This document shows, one piece after another, positions 38,101 through 46,571 of a stretch of 64,000 nt of DNA. The notes below the pieces were generated by a model. It did no database searches. It saw only the letters and a list, made by a program, of their open reading frames with translations, and had not been told where the DNA came from. Source of the stretch: Klebsormidium nitens (Eukaryota > Plantae > Klebsormidiophyceae); NCBI GenBank assembly GCA_000708835.1, contig DF236995.1:186001-250000 (forward strand), written 5' to 3'. Position numbers and translations under genes: made by a program. Every line of letters begins with the position of its first letter. The stretch's first letter is position 1.

Positions 38101-41100
38101 TCCAGGTACTATCTGCACCTGTCGGAGGTCACCCGGCAGGACCTGCGCAGCCAGATTGACGAGTACGGGGACAGCTACTGCGACGACCTTGACACCGGCG
38201 ATCTGGCCCAGGTGAGGCGTTGCACTGTCTGCGAAAACAGTGTCAAGCTATCAAGCCCGTTGAAGCTGTGACGTCAACGGGTGGCAGTCCTTTCCTCAGG
38301 GAAGCAAGTCCATGCATGTCTTGTCAGGCTGCAATATAAAAGTTGCGAACATAGCTCTACACGGGCGCGAAGCGTTCTTTCGGAAGTTTCTGAAGGCCTC
38401 ACATGCCGCTTGTTGATTCTTGAAAGTTAAGGGACTCTTAAGAGAAAAGCAGGTACGAAGGTCTAAGCTTCCAGTCTCAGCAGACTCAAAAGGCAAACGC
38501 TTTCAATCGCAGCGGATTGTCGTTGGGTTCCTTAAGGTAACTCCAGTGCCTCCCAAACACACAATCTTGGCCCTTCCCTGCAACCCCAACATGACGTCAC
38601 TCGTCCGCCGTTTCCAGCTCTTCTGTAACATGGACCCCAGCCGGTTGCACCTCCCGGCCCACAGCATCACCCAGCTGGAGGACAAGTACGACCGGGGCAC
38701 GCACTGGGGCGTCTTCAGGGGCTGCCACGTGTACATGCACCGGCCCATCCACTCCAGGTGCGCGCGTGTTTTTGCGCTCTGCTTTTCTCCGGATACTGTA
38801 AGTTCTTACTGTGAGATGCTCTTGCATACTGGGGTAAGAGCATCCGAAACCCGCTTCTCTTTGCGACCCTCCTTTGCTAGAGAAGCAGCAAGGTCGACAC
38901 ACGTACCGTTCAAATCATTGGTGCTTACTTTGATGGTGGCTGGCCCCTTTTGGCGCCAAGTTTCTAAAATCCCGTTCAGACTCAGTCCCTGCTCAACGGC
39001 CCCTTCTGCGATACCCAATCTCTCCAAGTAGCAAGATTGTATTTTAGAGACCCTTCTCTGTCTTTGAATATCTATCTCATGCAATAAGTAGACTTTCGTG
39101 CATTGTCGACCCCTGCCCTGACACCTGTCGTCGTATCCCTACATTCCTACCCTCCTGGACCCTGCTAATCTTCAATTCAGCCCTCTGATTCTGGAATGTC
39201 AATTCTTCTGACCAATCATCTTATCTAGTGCCTTTAGTACAAAGCGCTAAGCCTGCTCACGAAACTCCGTTGTAGCAACAAGGACCCCACGACGCTCACG
39301 ACCCTATGGCCCTTAGCGTTTATCCTTCGTAGTATTCAATCTTCTGAATCAATATCTGTCCTAGTTACTCACGACAAAGTGCTAACCTGCCCACTAAATA
39401 CCGGTTAAAGCCCACAACCAAATTCCTAACCCACACACCAAAACCCCGTTGCAGCAACGAGGACTCCCAGGCGGTCGCGGCCGCTGCCCTCCGGCGGCTG
39501 GCGCTGGACGTCCGCATGTACGGCGGGACGGTTTTGGACCAGCTCACGGATGACGTCACGCACATGGTGGTGTTCGCGACGGCGGACTACCCGGTGACGC
39601 ACGACATGGTCGTCAGGAGGTGAGAATCAGCGTCCCTCAGAATCGATCCGATTCGCTCCCCATGGTTTGCCCCTTTCGGCCCTTTCGGCGCTGATATCCA
39701 GTCAAGCGTCCCTGATCGTCGGCGAAAGGTGTGAATATGGAGAGCGGCTCGAGCAACGATAGCGGGTGTAGTCAAGCAAGTAATGGTGTTTGCAACGAGC
39801 AGCTCCTGGCGACGCACAACATGGTCGCTAGAGGTGAACTATCCCATCATAATTCACCTCTAGCGATGACGGGGTGGTGACGGACGAGTTGAGCAACGAC
39901 ATATGAGTGACGTCGGCTTTGAGCAGCGGAGGCAAAGAGTACGTCAAGGTTGACACCGAAGCGAAGTCAGACACGAGCAGCGAAGGCGGGAGAAGAATGA
40001 ACGGTTCAAGAAACGCCAGGCATGACGTCAGCGATGACATCAGCAGAAAAGGACGACGTCGGGTGGTTTTGAAGATTATGGAAAAGGGCCCGGTAATCCT
40101 TATTGTTCTTCTACTATCCGTTTTTGCAGTCTGACTGCGAGGGAGCGGACCTTGCTGCGCGAGCGGAGGATCAGGATCGTGGGCCACTTTTGGGTGGAGG
40201 CGTGCCGGGACATTCAGCGACCGGTGAAGGAGACCGAGTACCTCATCAGGTGGGCAATAGGAAGACCGCTTTTTACATTTCTGCTCTTCACCCGGGCTGA
40301 CTTGGTGAATGCTTTGCTATGACCTGATCCGCTTTTGATTTAACCTCTTTTTGCTCATCTACCGGAGCGATATTGTTTGTGAAGTTGCAGCGGTGCTCCT
40401 TGTTTATCGAGGCTTGGGCGAGCGCCCATTTCCGCACTTCGGCGTTCCAAATCTTCCACTTTTCAAATCGTGAGAAGCTTTCTTGGCGGATGCGTTCGCA
40501 AGCCCACCATCATCTGCGATTTTCTTTGCAGCAGTCAAAGTAGGAGCGCAGTTTCAGCCGACCCAATGCGTATTAGCCTCTTTACAGCTACGAACCACTC
40601 GCGGTGTCCAAAGACTGTTTTCACTTTTCCGTCGTCTCGTTTTCCTCCTATGGATATACCATTCACGTTCCTTGAAAAAGTCGCTTTGGTTCCGCTCCGT
40701 TTCCATCGCTGATTCTCTTTCGTTGACGGGGCTTCTCGTCGGAGAGCCTTGCTTCCGCTTTTGTTCCAATTCATCGAGGTTCAGTTGTCTGTTGTCGTTG
40801 ATTAGCCCTCTTGTTGTTGACCGCAGGTCTGAAGACGGAGATTCCGTTGACCCCATAATGGAAGAAGTGCCGAGCCCCCAGCCGGAAATGAGCAGCGACG
40901 ACGAAGCCCTGGGGAACCCGTCACCGGTCCCCACCCCAGCCAAGCCCAGCATCTACGAACTCAACACGCGCCCCCCTGCTCCAAGAAGCGCCAAAAAGGC
41001 CCCCCCCAGCGTGATCAAAGTCCGAAGCCGCCGAGATTCAATCGGGCAGAAACTGCCAGAATCCGAAGTGGGGGGTTCCATCCAAGTGGAGAATGAGCGG

Positions 41101-42408
41101 GAGGACGGGACAGGGAGTGAGGTGACGTCAGCGAAGCCCGACATTTACGCGCTGAACATGAAGCCCCCGCCGAAAGGGGGGCGGAAAAAGGCCGGTGGCA
41201 CAGGAGGGGGAAGGGGAACTAGACGCGGCGTGAAAACAGAGGAGGAGGTGCTCATGCTCCGCGTGAAGAGGAGCCGGGCGGCCAAGACGAAGCTGACGTC
41301 AGCCGAGGGCGATGATGACGTCAGCGGGGAGAGCGAGGGGGCGGGGGTATCGGAACCGGCGCTGGCTCTGGCGCTGCGTCCCAGGAGGGCGGCGGCGGTC
41401 GCGGCCCGAGGGCGGCTGACGTCACGGGACGAGGGGAGTGACGTCAGCCTGGAGGAGAGCGAATCAAAGCCCGGGGAATTGGATTTGGAGACGCGGCAGA
41501 GACAAGAGAAGGGGAGAGGAAGGGGCCGGTTGCGAAAGGTTGGTGAGGAAAATTCGGAAGGAGAGGATCACGAAGGAAGGGCGAAAACGGAGGCGAGAGC
41601 AGAGGTCAAAGCAGAGGTGAAGGAGGAAGCGCTGAGTCTCGAGGACCGAGGGAATGCTGAAGGTGCGGACGGACTGGGTTTGGATAAGGAACCGAAACCG
41701 GAACCGGACGGTGACGTCAGACCTGACGTGGGCGGATTTACCGGGGAAGGAATCAGGCAGCGACGGAAAGGCAGGAGGGAAACAGTTGCGGTGAAAGAGG
41801 AAGTGAAAGAAGAGGAAGCGGAAGATCCGGGACCGGTAGGTATTTGGAGAGAAGGGGATGCCGAAACGAAGGGTTTGGACCGGTACGTCACGAATCGAAC
41901 CGGGGCTGAGGACGAGAGAAAAGTTCGAACGAGGGCTCTATTCACTCGGAAACGAGACGCCGGGAATGTAAATACAAGTCGAGAGCCGGATAGCGTCTTT
42001 GGGGTGAAGGTGAAGGACGAACCCGTTAGCCAGATCGAGGGACCCGAGTCACAGGTGGGTCCTGGGGAACGCTTCGATGGGGGACACGTGGCGGAGCCGG
42101 AGTGGGGGAGAGAAGACGGGGAGGGGGACGCGGCGAGTGACCCAGGAAAGGTCAAGGGGGAACTGGGACATGCATCGGCGGAAAGGGCCTCTGTTGTTGT
42201 TGATGAAACGAGAATGTCAGCTCCGCATTTCCCGGACACGACTTCAGCAGACGACAGGAGGGGAGGGTTAGGGGCGGTTGACCCGCCCTCTGGCGCTCGG
42301 TTAGCGGAGGATGCGTCTCGGGCGGAAGCTGGTTCCGTGAGCGAGGCAACCCCGAAGAAGAAACGCAAGGTCAACTTCCGGGAGCAGATGAAAGCGATGG
42401 GCCTTTGA
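14171..42408 (+). CDS. LIG4: DNA ligase IV (NHEJ ligase: DBD, adenylation domain, OB fold, two BRCT domains, long charged tail); 23 exons, ~1446 aa
   Basis: Exons: 14171-14222, 14715-14845, 15504-15769, 17862-18084, 18595-18669, 19066-19232, 19566-19645, 19964-20001, 20187-20193, 20372-20521, 21083-21286, 22134-22230, 22742-22825, 23744-23885, 24679-24766, 25280-25477, 25928-26053, 37163-37262, 38106-38211, 38618-38757, 39455-39619, 40130-40249, 40827-42408. Total 4341 nt with consistent phases. Ligase motifs: ECKFDGER (catalytic Lys codon 19096-19098), CILDGEI, FDILY, EGVIIK, WAKIKPDY..DLDVLIIG, FCRVGTG, SLRFPR..IRYDKPW. BRCT segments end in HTSWVFDC and GHFWVEAC. The C-terminal KKKRKVNFRE resembles plant LIG4. 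Confidence 0.96.
16449..16641. mobile_element. MITE-like foldback element in LIG4 intron 3 (~40-bp perfect terminal inverted repeat extending imperfectly to ~55 bp)
   Basis: CTGGCAACTCTTGCTTTCACTAAGGGGTGCTTTCACTAAGA from 16449 is the reverse complement of TCTTAGTGAAAGCACCCCTTAGTGAAAGCAAGAGTTGCCAG ending at 16641. Each arm has two GCTTTCACTAA repeats, and the ~80-bp C/A-rich core is non-coding. No target-site duplication was identified. Confidence 0.65.
16805..16965 (+). ncRNA. U1: U1 spliceosomal snRNA gene nested (sense) in LIG4 intron 3
   Basis: ACTTACCTGG 5' splice-site recognition sequence at 16807; stem-loop I with loop GATCATGAAG (U1-70K site); stem-loop II with ATTGCACTCC (U1A site) closed by TGGGA/TCCCA; stem-loop III ACACCC-TAC-GGGGTGT; Sm site AATTTGTGG at 16926-16934; stem-loop IV GGGGCTCGCG-TT-CGCGCGGCCCC. 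Order, spacing and length (~160 nt) match plant U1. The exact 5' end is uncertain (TC instead of the usual AT before ACTTACC). Confidence 0.95.
16950..17225 (+). repeat. ~149-bp tandem duplication that begins inside the U1 3' end
   Basis: TTCGCGCGGCCCCTGCCC..AACACCTCATTCTCATCCACCCCACAACCTCCATCT (16950-17006) recurs as TTCGCGCTGTCCCTGCCC..AACACCTCATCCTCATCCACCCCCACAACCTCCATCT (17099-17156). CACACCATATGTATGCCC (~17081) recurs as CACACCATGTATATGCCC (~17203). Confidence 0.75.
20194..20371 (+). other. U12-type (minor spliceosome) GT-AG intron 9 of LIG4, preceded by a 7-nt micro-exon (20187-20193)
   Basis: Donor GTATCCTTAA (U12 consensus RTATCCTT), branch-like TCCCTGAC at 20350-20357, AG at 20370-20371 with no polypyrimidine tract. 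Splicing gives L-C-Y-I-I-F-D-I-L-Y, matching ligase motif IIIa (plant LIG4 LCYVAFDVLY). Confidence 0.85.
20630..20990 (+). repeat. Degenerate copies of LIG4 exon 10 3' end (2) and exon 11 5' end (1) in intron 10
   Basis: GCTCAAGCGCCGCATCGAAGTGCTGGTGCCAGACGCGGAGCTGAACCGAGAGCCAG|GTAAAG ends at 20703 (the real exon ends CCAG|GTAAAG at 20521). A weaker copy lies at ~20815-20882, and an exon 11-like AGTCCAACCTTGGACCATCATCCCTGCGAGCGCAGAGGAGGCG at ~20918-20990. Confidence 0.85.
23190..24265 (+). repeat. Exon 14 echo arrays of LIG4: four 5'-end copies upstream and two 3'-end copies downstream
   Basis: Acceptor+GCGGAACGAGCGCGG..AAGCCGCCCAGCTT copies start at ~23203, ~23391, 23507 and 23640 (real start 23744). 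CATGCAGATCAAGAGCGACATCCGCACCATCCAAACC copies end at 24028 (GAG|GT) and ~24263 (real end 23885). Confidence 0.9.
25478..25927 (+). other. U12-type GT-AG intron 16 of LIG4
   Basis: Donor GTATCCTTCT at 25478, branch TCCTTGAC at 25906-25913, AG at 25926-25927. Splicing gives IFDGCVF-Y-FANF at the start of BRCT1. Confidence 0.88.
26170..26990 (+). repeat. Five degenerate tandem copies of LIG4 exon 17 3' half plus donor (period 176-205 bp)
   Basis: ..CAGATCGACGCCGTCACGCACATGATCGCCGACAGGAAGGAAG|GT-like units end at 26240, 26416, 26592, 26797 and 26979 (real end 26053). All keep a GT at the donor position. Confidence 0.92.
27120..36200. repeat. Old, highly degenerate multi-copy module (about five partial units) filling the 11.1-kb LIG4 intron 17
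   Basis: Recurring anchors: GCTGGC(A/T)ATGACGAGCC-like at 28546, 30125, 33827, 36018 and (partial) 27161; (G/A)AGGGCCG 135-155 bp later at 28690, 30280 and 33962, plus 27185; CC(T/C)ATGA(T/C)GGGA..GTTGCTGGCG.GAAT at 27411, 29513 and 33538. Homology continues >150 bp past the last motif between ~27411-27595 and ~33538-33715. Confidence 0.6.
35451..35625. mobile_element. MITE-like insertion (175 bp) with 11-bp flanking direct repeat (Mutator-like TSD size)
   Basis: AATCCTGATGA occurs at 35440-35450 and 35626-35636. The imperfect terminal inverted repeats are TTTCTCTGAAATAGGTT / AACCTATTTTAGAGAAG. The core (35492-35572) is the reverse complement of the core of the 16449-16641 element. Confidence 0.7.
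37946..37965. other. Assembly gap (20 N) in LIG4 intron 18
   Basis: Run of N in the sequence; the true length is unknown. Confidence 0.98.
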
Positions 42409-44559
42409 GAGGAACACATGCAAGTAGACACTGCCTTTGATGGTGACTTGTGCTTAGGAATCGCGACGAAGACCATAGTTGCTAGTTGAGCACAGAGGCT
42501 CCCCGGTGCTTGGCCACGTTTTCGGGATGCAATCTGTCGGGCCGTCACGCACTGACTCGGAGAAACAACGCTGGCAGCCTCGCTACATTTCAGCTGTCAA
42601 CTGCGCCAGGCGTGGCATGACGGTGCGGATCGTGCTAATATATATTCGACGATGGTTCATTGTCAACAAGTTCAACGACGTGTACTAAGCAGTGCCGCCC
42701 CGTTATATCCGTTTTAGGTGGCCGAACCAATCTGAGTCGACTCTGGGACGGTCCACCGTCTGGAGATATACTACCTGAGTGCCATCCATTGTGAATCAGG
42801 ATGCGTGCATGTACGGGGCTGCCATCGAGTCAGATTGGCCAGCTAGGCGCCGGTGCCGCTTTTGCCTAATGCGTTAAAATACTGTGCATGTGTCGGCATG
42901 CATCATGTATTTAATGCATGCCAGCGTTTCATGTGCAATAGGCTATGGCCTGCCTTCGGACTTGGCACTCTGATCGAATGCCGAGGACGATTGAACATGC
43001 GGCCAAGCTAGCGGCCGCCTACACAAACTCGTAATTATTTCAAATTCGATAGTGTGCAATCGTCTGCCATGCGGCATGCCGCATGTCCATTCTCCGAAGC
43101 ATTCAACGCCGTTAATACACCGACACTTAGAGCTGCCTATTGCTGATCGACCGTACTGAGCTAAAAGCTTACTTGTTGTGTCCAGTTCCCGAATTCATGA
43201 TCGATGCGGATTTTATAGTGAAGGCAAATTCAATTACCAGGAACGAGCGGCTTCAACGTATACATATAATATCTATAGACGTCTTTGACGGCACTTGTGG
43301 ATTGAAAAAAGCCCTTCTTATTAACGTCTATATGCCCGGCCGAACTTAACGTTCTGCAAGCCGAACTCGAACAATCAGTTCTGGTCGGACTTTCCGGCCC
43401 TGAGAACGTTCTAAGACGTGGTCCACTATCGGTGTCAGCACCGGCACCCAACCGTCGCTTGACCGGCGTGCCTACTCATGTCATCATCAACGAAAGACTT
43501 GTCATCTTCATACGGCCCGTTGTCATGCCGATAGTGTGAGTCCAAGCCAGGCCAGGCTCACTGGCACGTGATACGCGTCTAGATAGGCACCCTCCCCCGG
43601 AGGGGCTTCCTCATAGTCCTGTTGACAAAAGTGGAGCCAACAAGTTCTGACTCTCATTGGATTGACTATCAATTTTACATCCCAATGATAGTCTCGCTCC
43701 CATGTCGTTTCTCTCACGTACAAGCCGCTTTCCAATCTGCATTAAAGGGCTACTCTTATTTGTTTCGGCTCCAAACATGAAGCGGTTAAGCTTAAGCGCA
43801 GCAGCATGCTGAAACAATTGACATGCCGCGTGCTGCGTCTATGAAGTGCCTACTTGCCGCTATCTTTCTATAGCTACGTAGTCTAGAAGACAAATGACGT
43901 TAACAGCTGGTGCCAATGGCGCCGCTTTCAAAGCAGAAAGTTTCACAAAAGGTTGGCCTCTGTTGTATCCTAGGTTCGAGTATCCTAGAGACTCAAAGCA
44001 TCTTCTCTTTTTGTTAAGCGCAGATTGCGAGTTCCATTCTTCGAGGAAGGACACTGACATCACTGTCAATGTCGGTGTACAGAGTAGATGCTGTATTAGA
44101 CGTCACACAATTAGTTACTTTAAATATGAAAATGCCCTTTATGTATCAGTATCAGACGTCAGTATCAGTATAAAACGTCCGAGTGTAAGATCGAGAAATT
44201 GTACCGTTCATACCTTTTGACACCGCCTCGTCTTTCGCGTTCACAGTCTGCGGGATCGCTTTCTGCTCCTCTTGAGTCCTAGGGCGTAACGCCAGTCTCA
44301 GACCTTCAGCATGTAATTGTGTATACTCACAGAAAAGAGGCGGGACGATCCATCACCCCTCACTATGTACCTACACACTGGCACTGTGGTAGTACATTAC
44401 CTGCGGACCAGGACCCCGGGCCACAGGGATATTATATTGGCCTCTTCCTCGTCTTCTTTGACAGTTCAGCGTACACTGATGTAGCTAGGGCGCTGCCATT
44501 TGCGGCGCAGAAGTCCCGCTGTTGCATCAAAGATGAATCGAGCAGCACTCGCAGCAGCC

Positions 44560-46484
44560 ATGGATTCATCTTGCCGACCACGCCGCATTGTGCCTGTCTC
44601 GCTCGTTTTGTCTATTCTTCTGTCCGTAGCCTACATAGGCTCCATCATGAAAGAAGAAACCGTGGCCTCCGGGATCAGAGCACTTGATGAAAGCGCACTA
44701 GAAGCGTGGCACCAGCCTGGGAGCCTCCCTTCTGAATTGCTATTGGCACAGATTAACCATCCTAGAGTCGAAGAACAGCAGCAGCCCTCAAACCTTTCCA
44801 AAGCAGCTTTGCGCCGGTCGTTCCCCAATCGATGTCAAGCAGCGTCTTCGGGTGGCACCGCGGAGGACTTCTTTGTGCACTGCTCCGTGCCACACCAGAA
44901 AGGAGTCCAGGCTCTGGAGGCGTACCTTGACAAGAGGCTAGCGAATTACTCTGGGAATCCGGAGTGCATGGGGGAGGTGTTAGAGTTCCACTGCCTCGAG
45001 TTTGCCAGCAGGCGAAAGGGCTGGTGTGACTGGACGCTGGCGCCAACAGTTCAGTCTCCGCTAGACAAGGACTTCCTCGTGCGACCATCAAGAGACTTTG
45101 CTTCAGGTTTAGACGAGCCACCAAGTCGAGCGGACCACAAGCTGATCTTTTTCTACCCCTCTTATGCGTTTGTGTCGACGCTAGAGAGGTCACTTGTCGC
45201 TCTACAGCACCCCAATCACATCTTCCTCATAAACGTAGACGCTCAAGAGTATGCTGATCCAGTGTTGGTCTCCGCCGCGCAAGAGCTCGCGACAAAGCTG
45301 AATAGTGCGTACCATGACAATGTGTTCTTGGTTCAGCTAGGCCGCGTTGTCTATGAGACTTCATCGCAGGTTCTAGCAGCTTGGCCGTTCATGAGGTGGT
45401 GTCTAGACCACGTCGGGGGGTGGACGCACTTCATTCTGACGGATGCGCAGACTTATCCCCTGCTCTCAAACACAAAGCTGAGGGAGACGCTCTGGGACAG
45501 GCGGGACAAGATTTTCTTCAAACAGTTTCCGTACAAGATCAGCCCTGTGGGTGCAGACAAAGGAGGTACGCAAGTTGACTCCCCCCGATCCTCTAACCTG
45601 CCTTTCAAAGTTAGATGAAGTCTTCAGAGTTCAAGTCGAATGCCTTAACGTCAGTCATGGATTCAGGAACAAGCCCTTCAACAGGAATACAGGATGCTTC
45701 AGAGCAATATTGAATAAGCCGCGCAATGGCTGTACTGCGCAAGTGCATATAGTGCATGCTTACAATTGGCCCCGGGAGTTGGTTAGGGTCTGGTTTGCAT
45801 CGGGATGTCTCTGTGGAAGATCGGCTGTGGTACCGTGACAGTAGTATTCTGTAGAGCCACTTTTCTAAAAGACCTGCATGTTTGCTTGCCGCTCCTCATC
45901 TCTAAACTTGTGCAATCCACGTTTCAGCTGAGCTACGGCGGTATAAGGAGATTTTGCCATACTGCGAAGGGTATCGAAACGAGCGGCATGTCTACTACCA
46001 GCAGGCCTCGGCACTGGGGAGCTGGACGGATGACAATGGGCAGCTTCGAGACGGGTATAAGCGCGTAGATTGGCTTGAAGTCCAGTTGCAGATTGGCTGG
46101 CAGTTTGGGAAGGCGGGGGGAAACATGGTCATTGTACCTAGAGACCTTGCACAGTACTTAATTCACTCGCCGGAAGCCAAGATGTGGACACAATACTTCA
46201 AGTACACGCATAACGCGTGCGAGCATCTTATCGTTTCGCTTGTCCAATACTACTTCAAAGATAAAGTGGTGCAGGACTATGGATCTTGTTTCATGCTGTG
46301 GGGGACAGGACCAGAAAACATCATACTTGGTGAGACAAACATACAAAACATGCGAGACGGAGACATGCGGTGTTTGTTTGCTAGGAAGCTTAGGGTCCCA
46401 GAATCCTTAGAGATTTTAAGCAAGATTGACAAGGAGCTTCGTGTTGACGTAAGTCCAGTTCCCGAGGCCAACGAAGACCAATAA
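44560..46484 (+). CDS. Glycosyltransferase family 14 (core-2/I-branching, GlcAT14/xylosyltransferase-like), type II membrane protein; 2 exons, ~520 aa
   Basis: Exons 44560-45565 and 45928-46484 (phase 1, GT-AG); an alternative ATG lies at 44533. N-terminal signal anchor IVPVSLVLSILLSVAYIG; GT14-like motifs LERSLVALQHPNHIFLINVD, NVFLV..GRVVY, WTHFILTDAQTYPL, ACEHL and LFARKL....LEILSKID. Confidence 0.8.
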
Positions 46485-46571
46485 TAACTCCAGTCGCAAA
46501 ATTTACATCGCAGAGTCGCGAACTCATGGTGCTTCTTGTTCATTTGACCTTCCGCATACAGAGAGGGCTCC

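Noticed and set aside
40483-40826. 5' part of the 641-aa ORF as an independent gene start
   Set aside because: This part is pyrimidine-rich intron 22; the coding exon starts at the CAG acceptor at 40827.
41568-42548. 326-aa minus-strand ORF
   Set aside because: Antisense shadow of the LIG4 last exon.
43230-43817. Short minus-strand ORFs between LIG4 and GT14
   Set aside because: No splice structure or recognisable family; cannot be supported.
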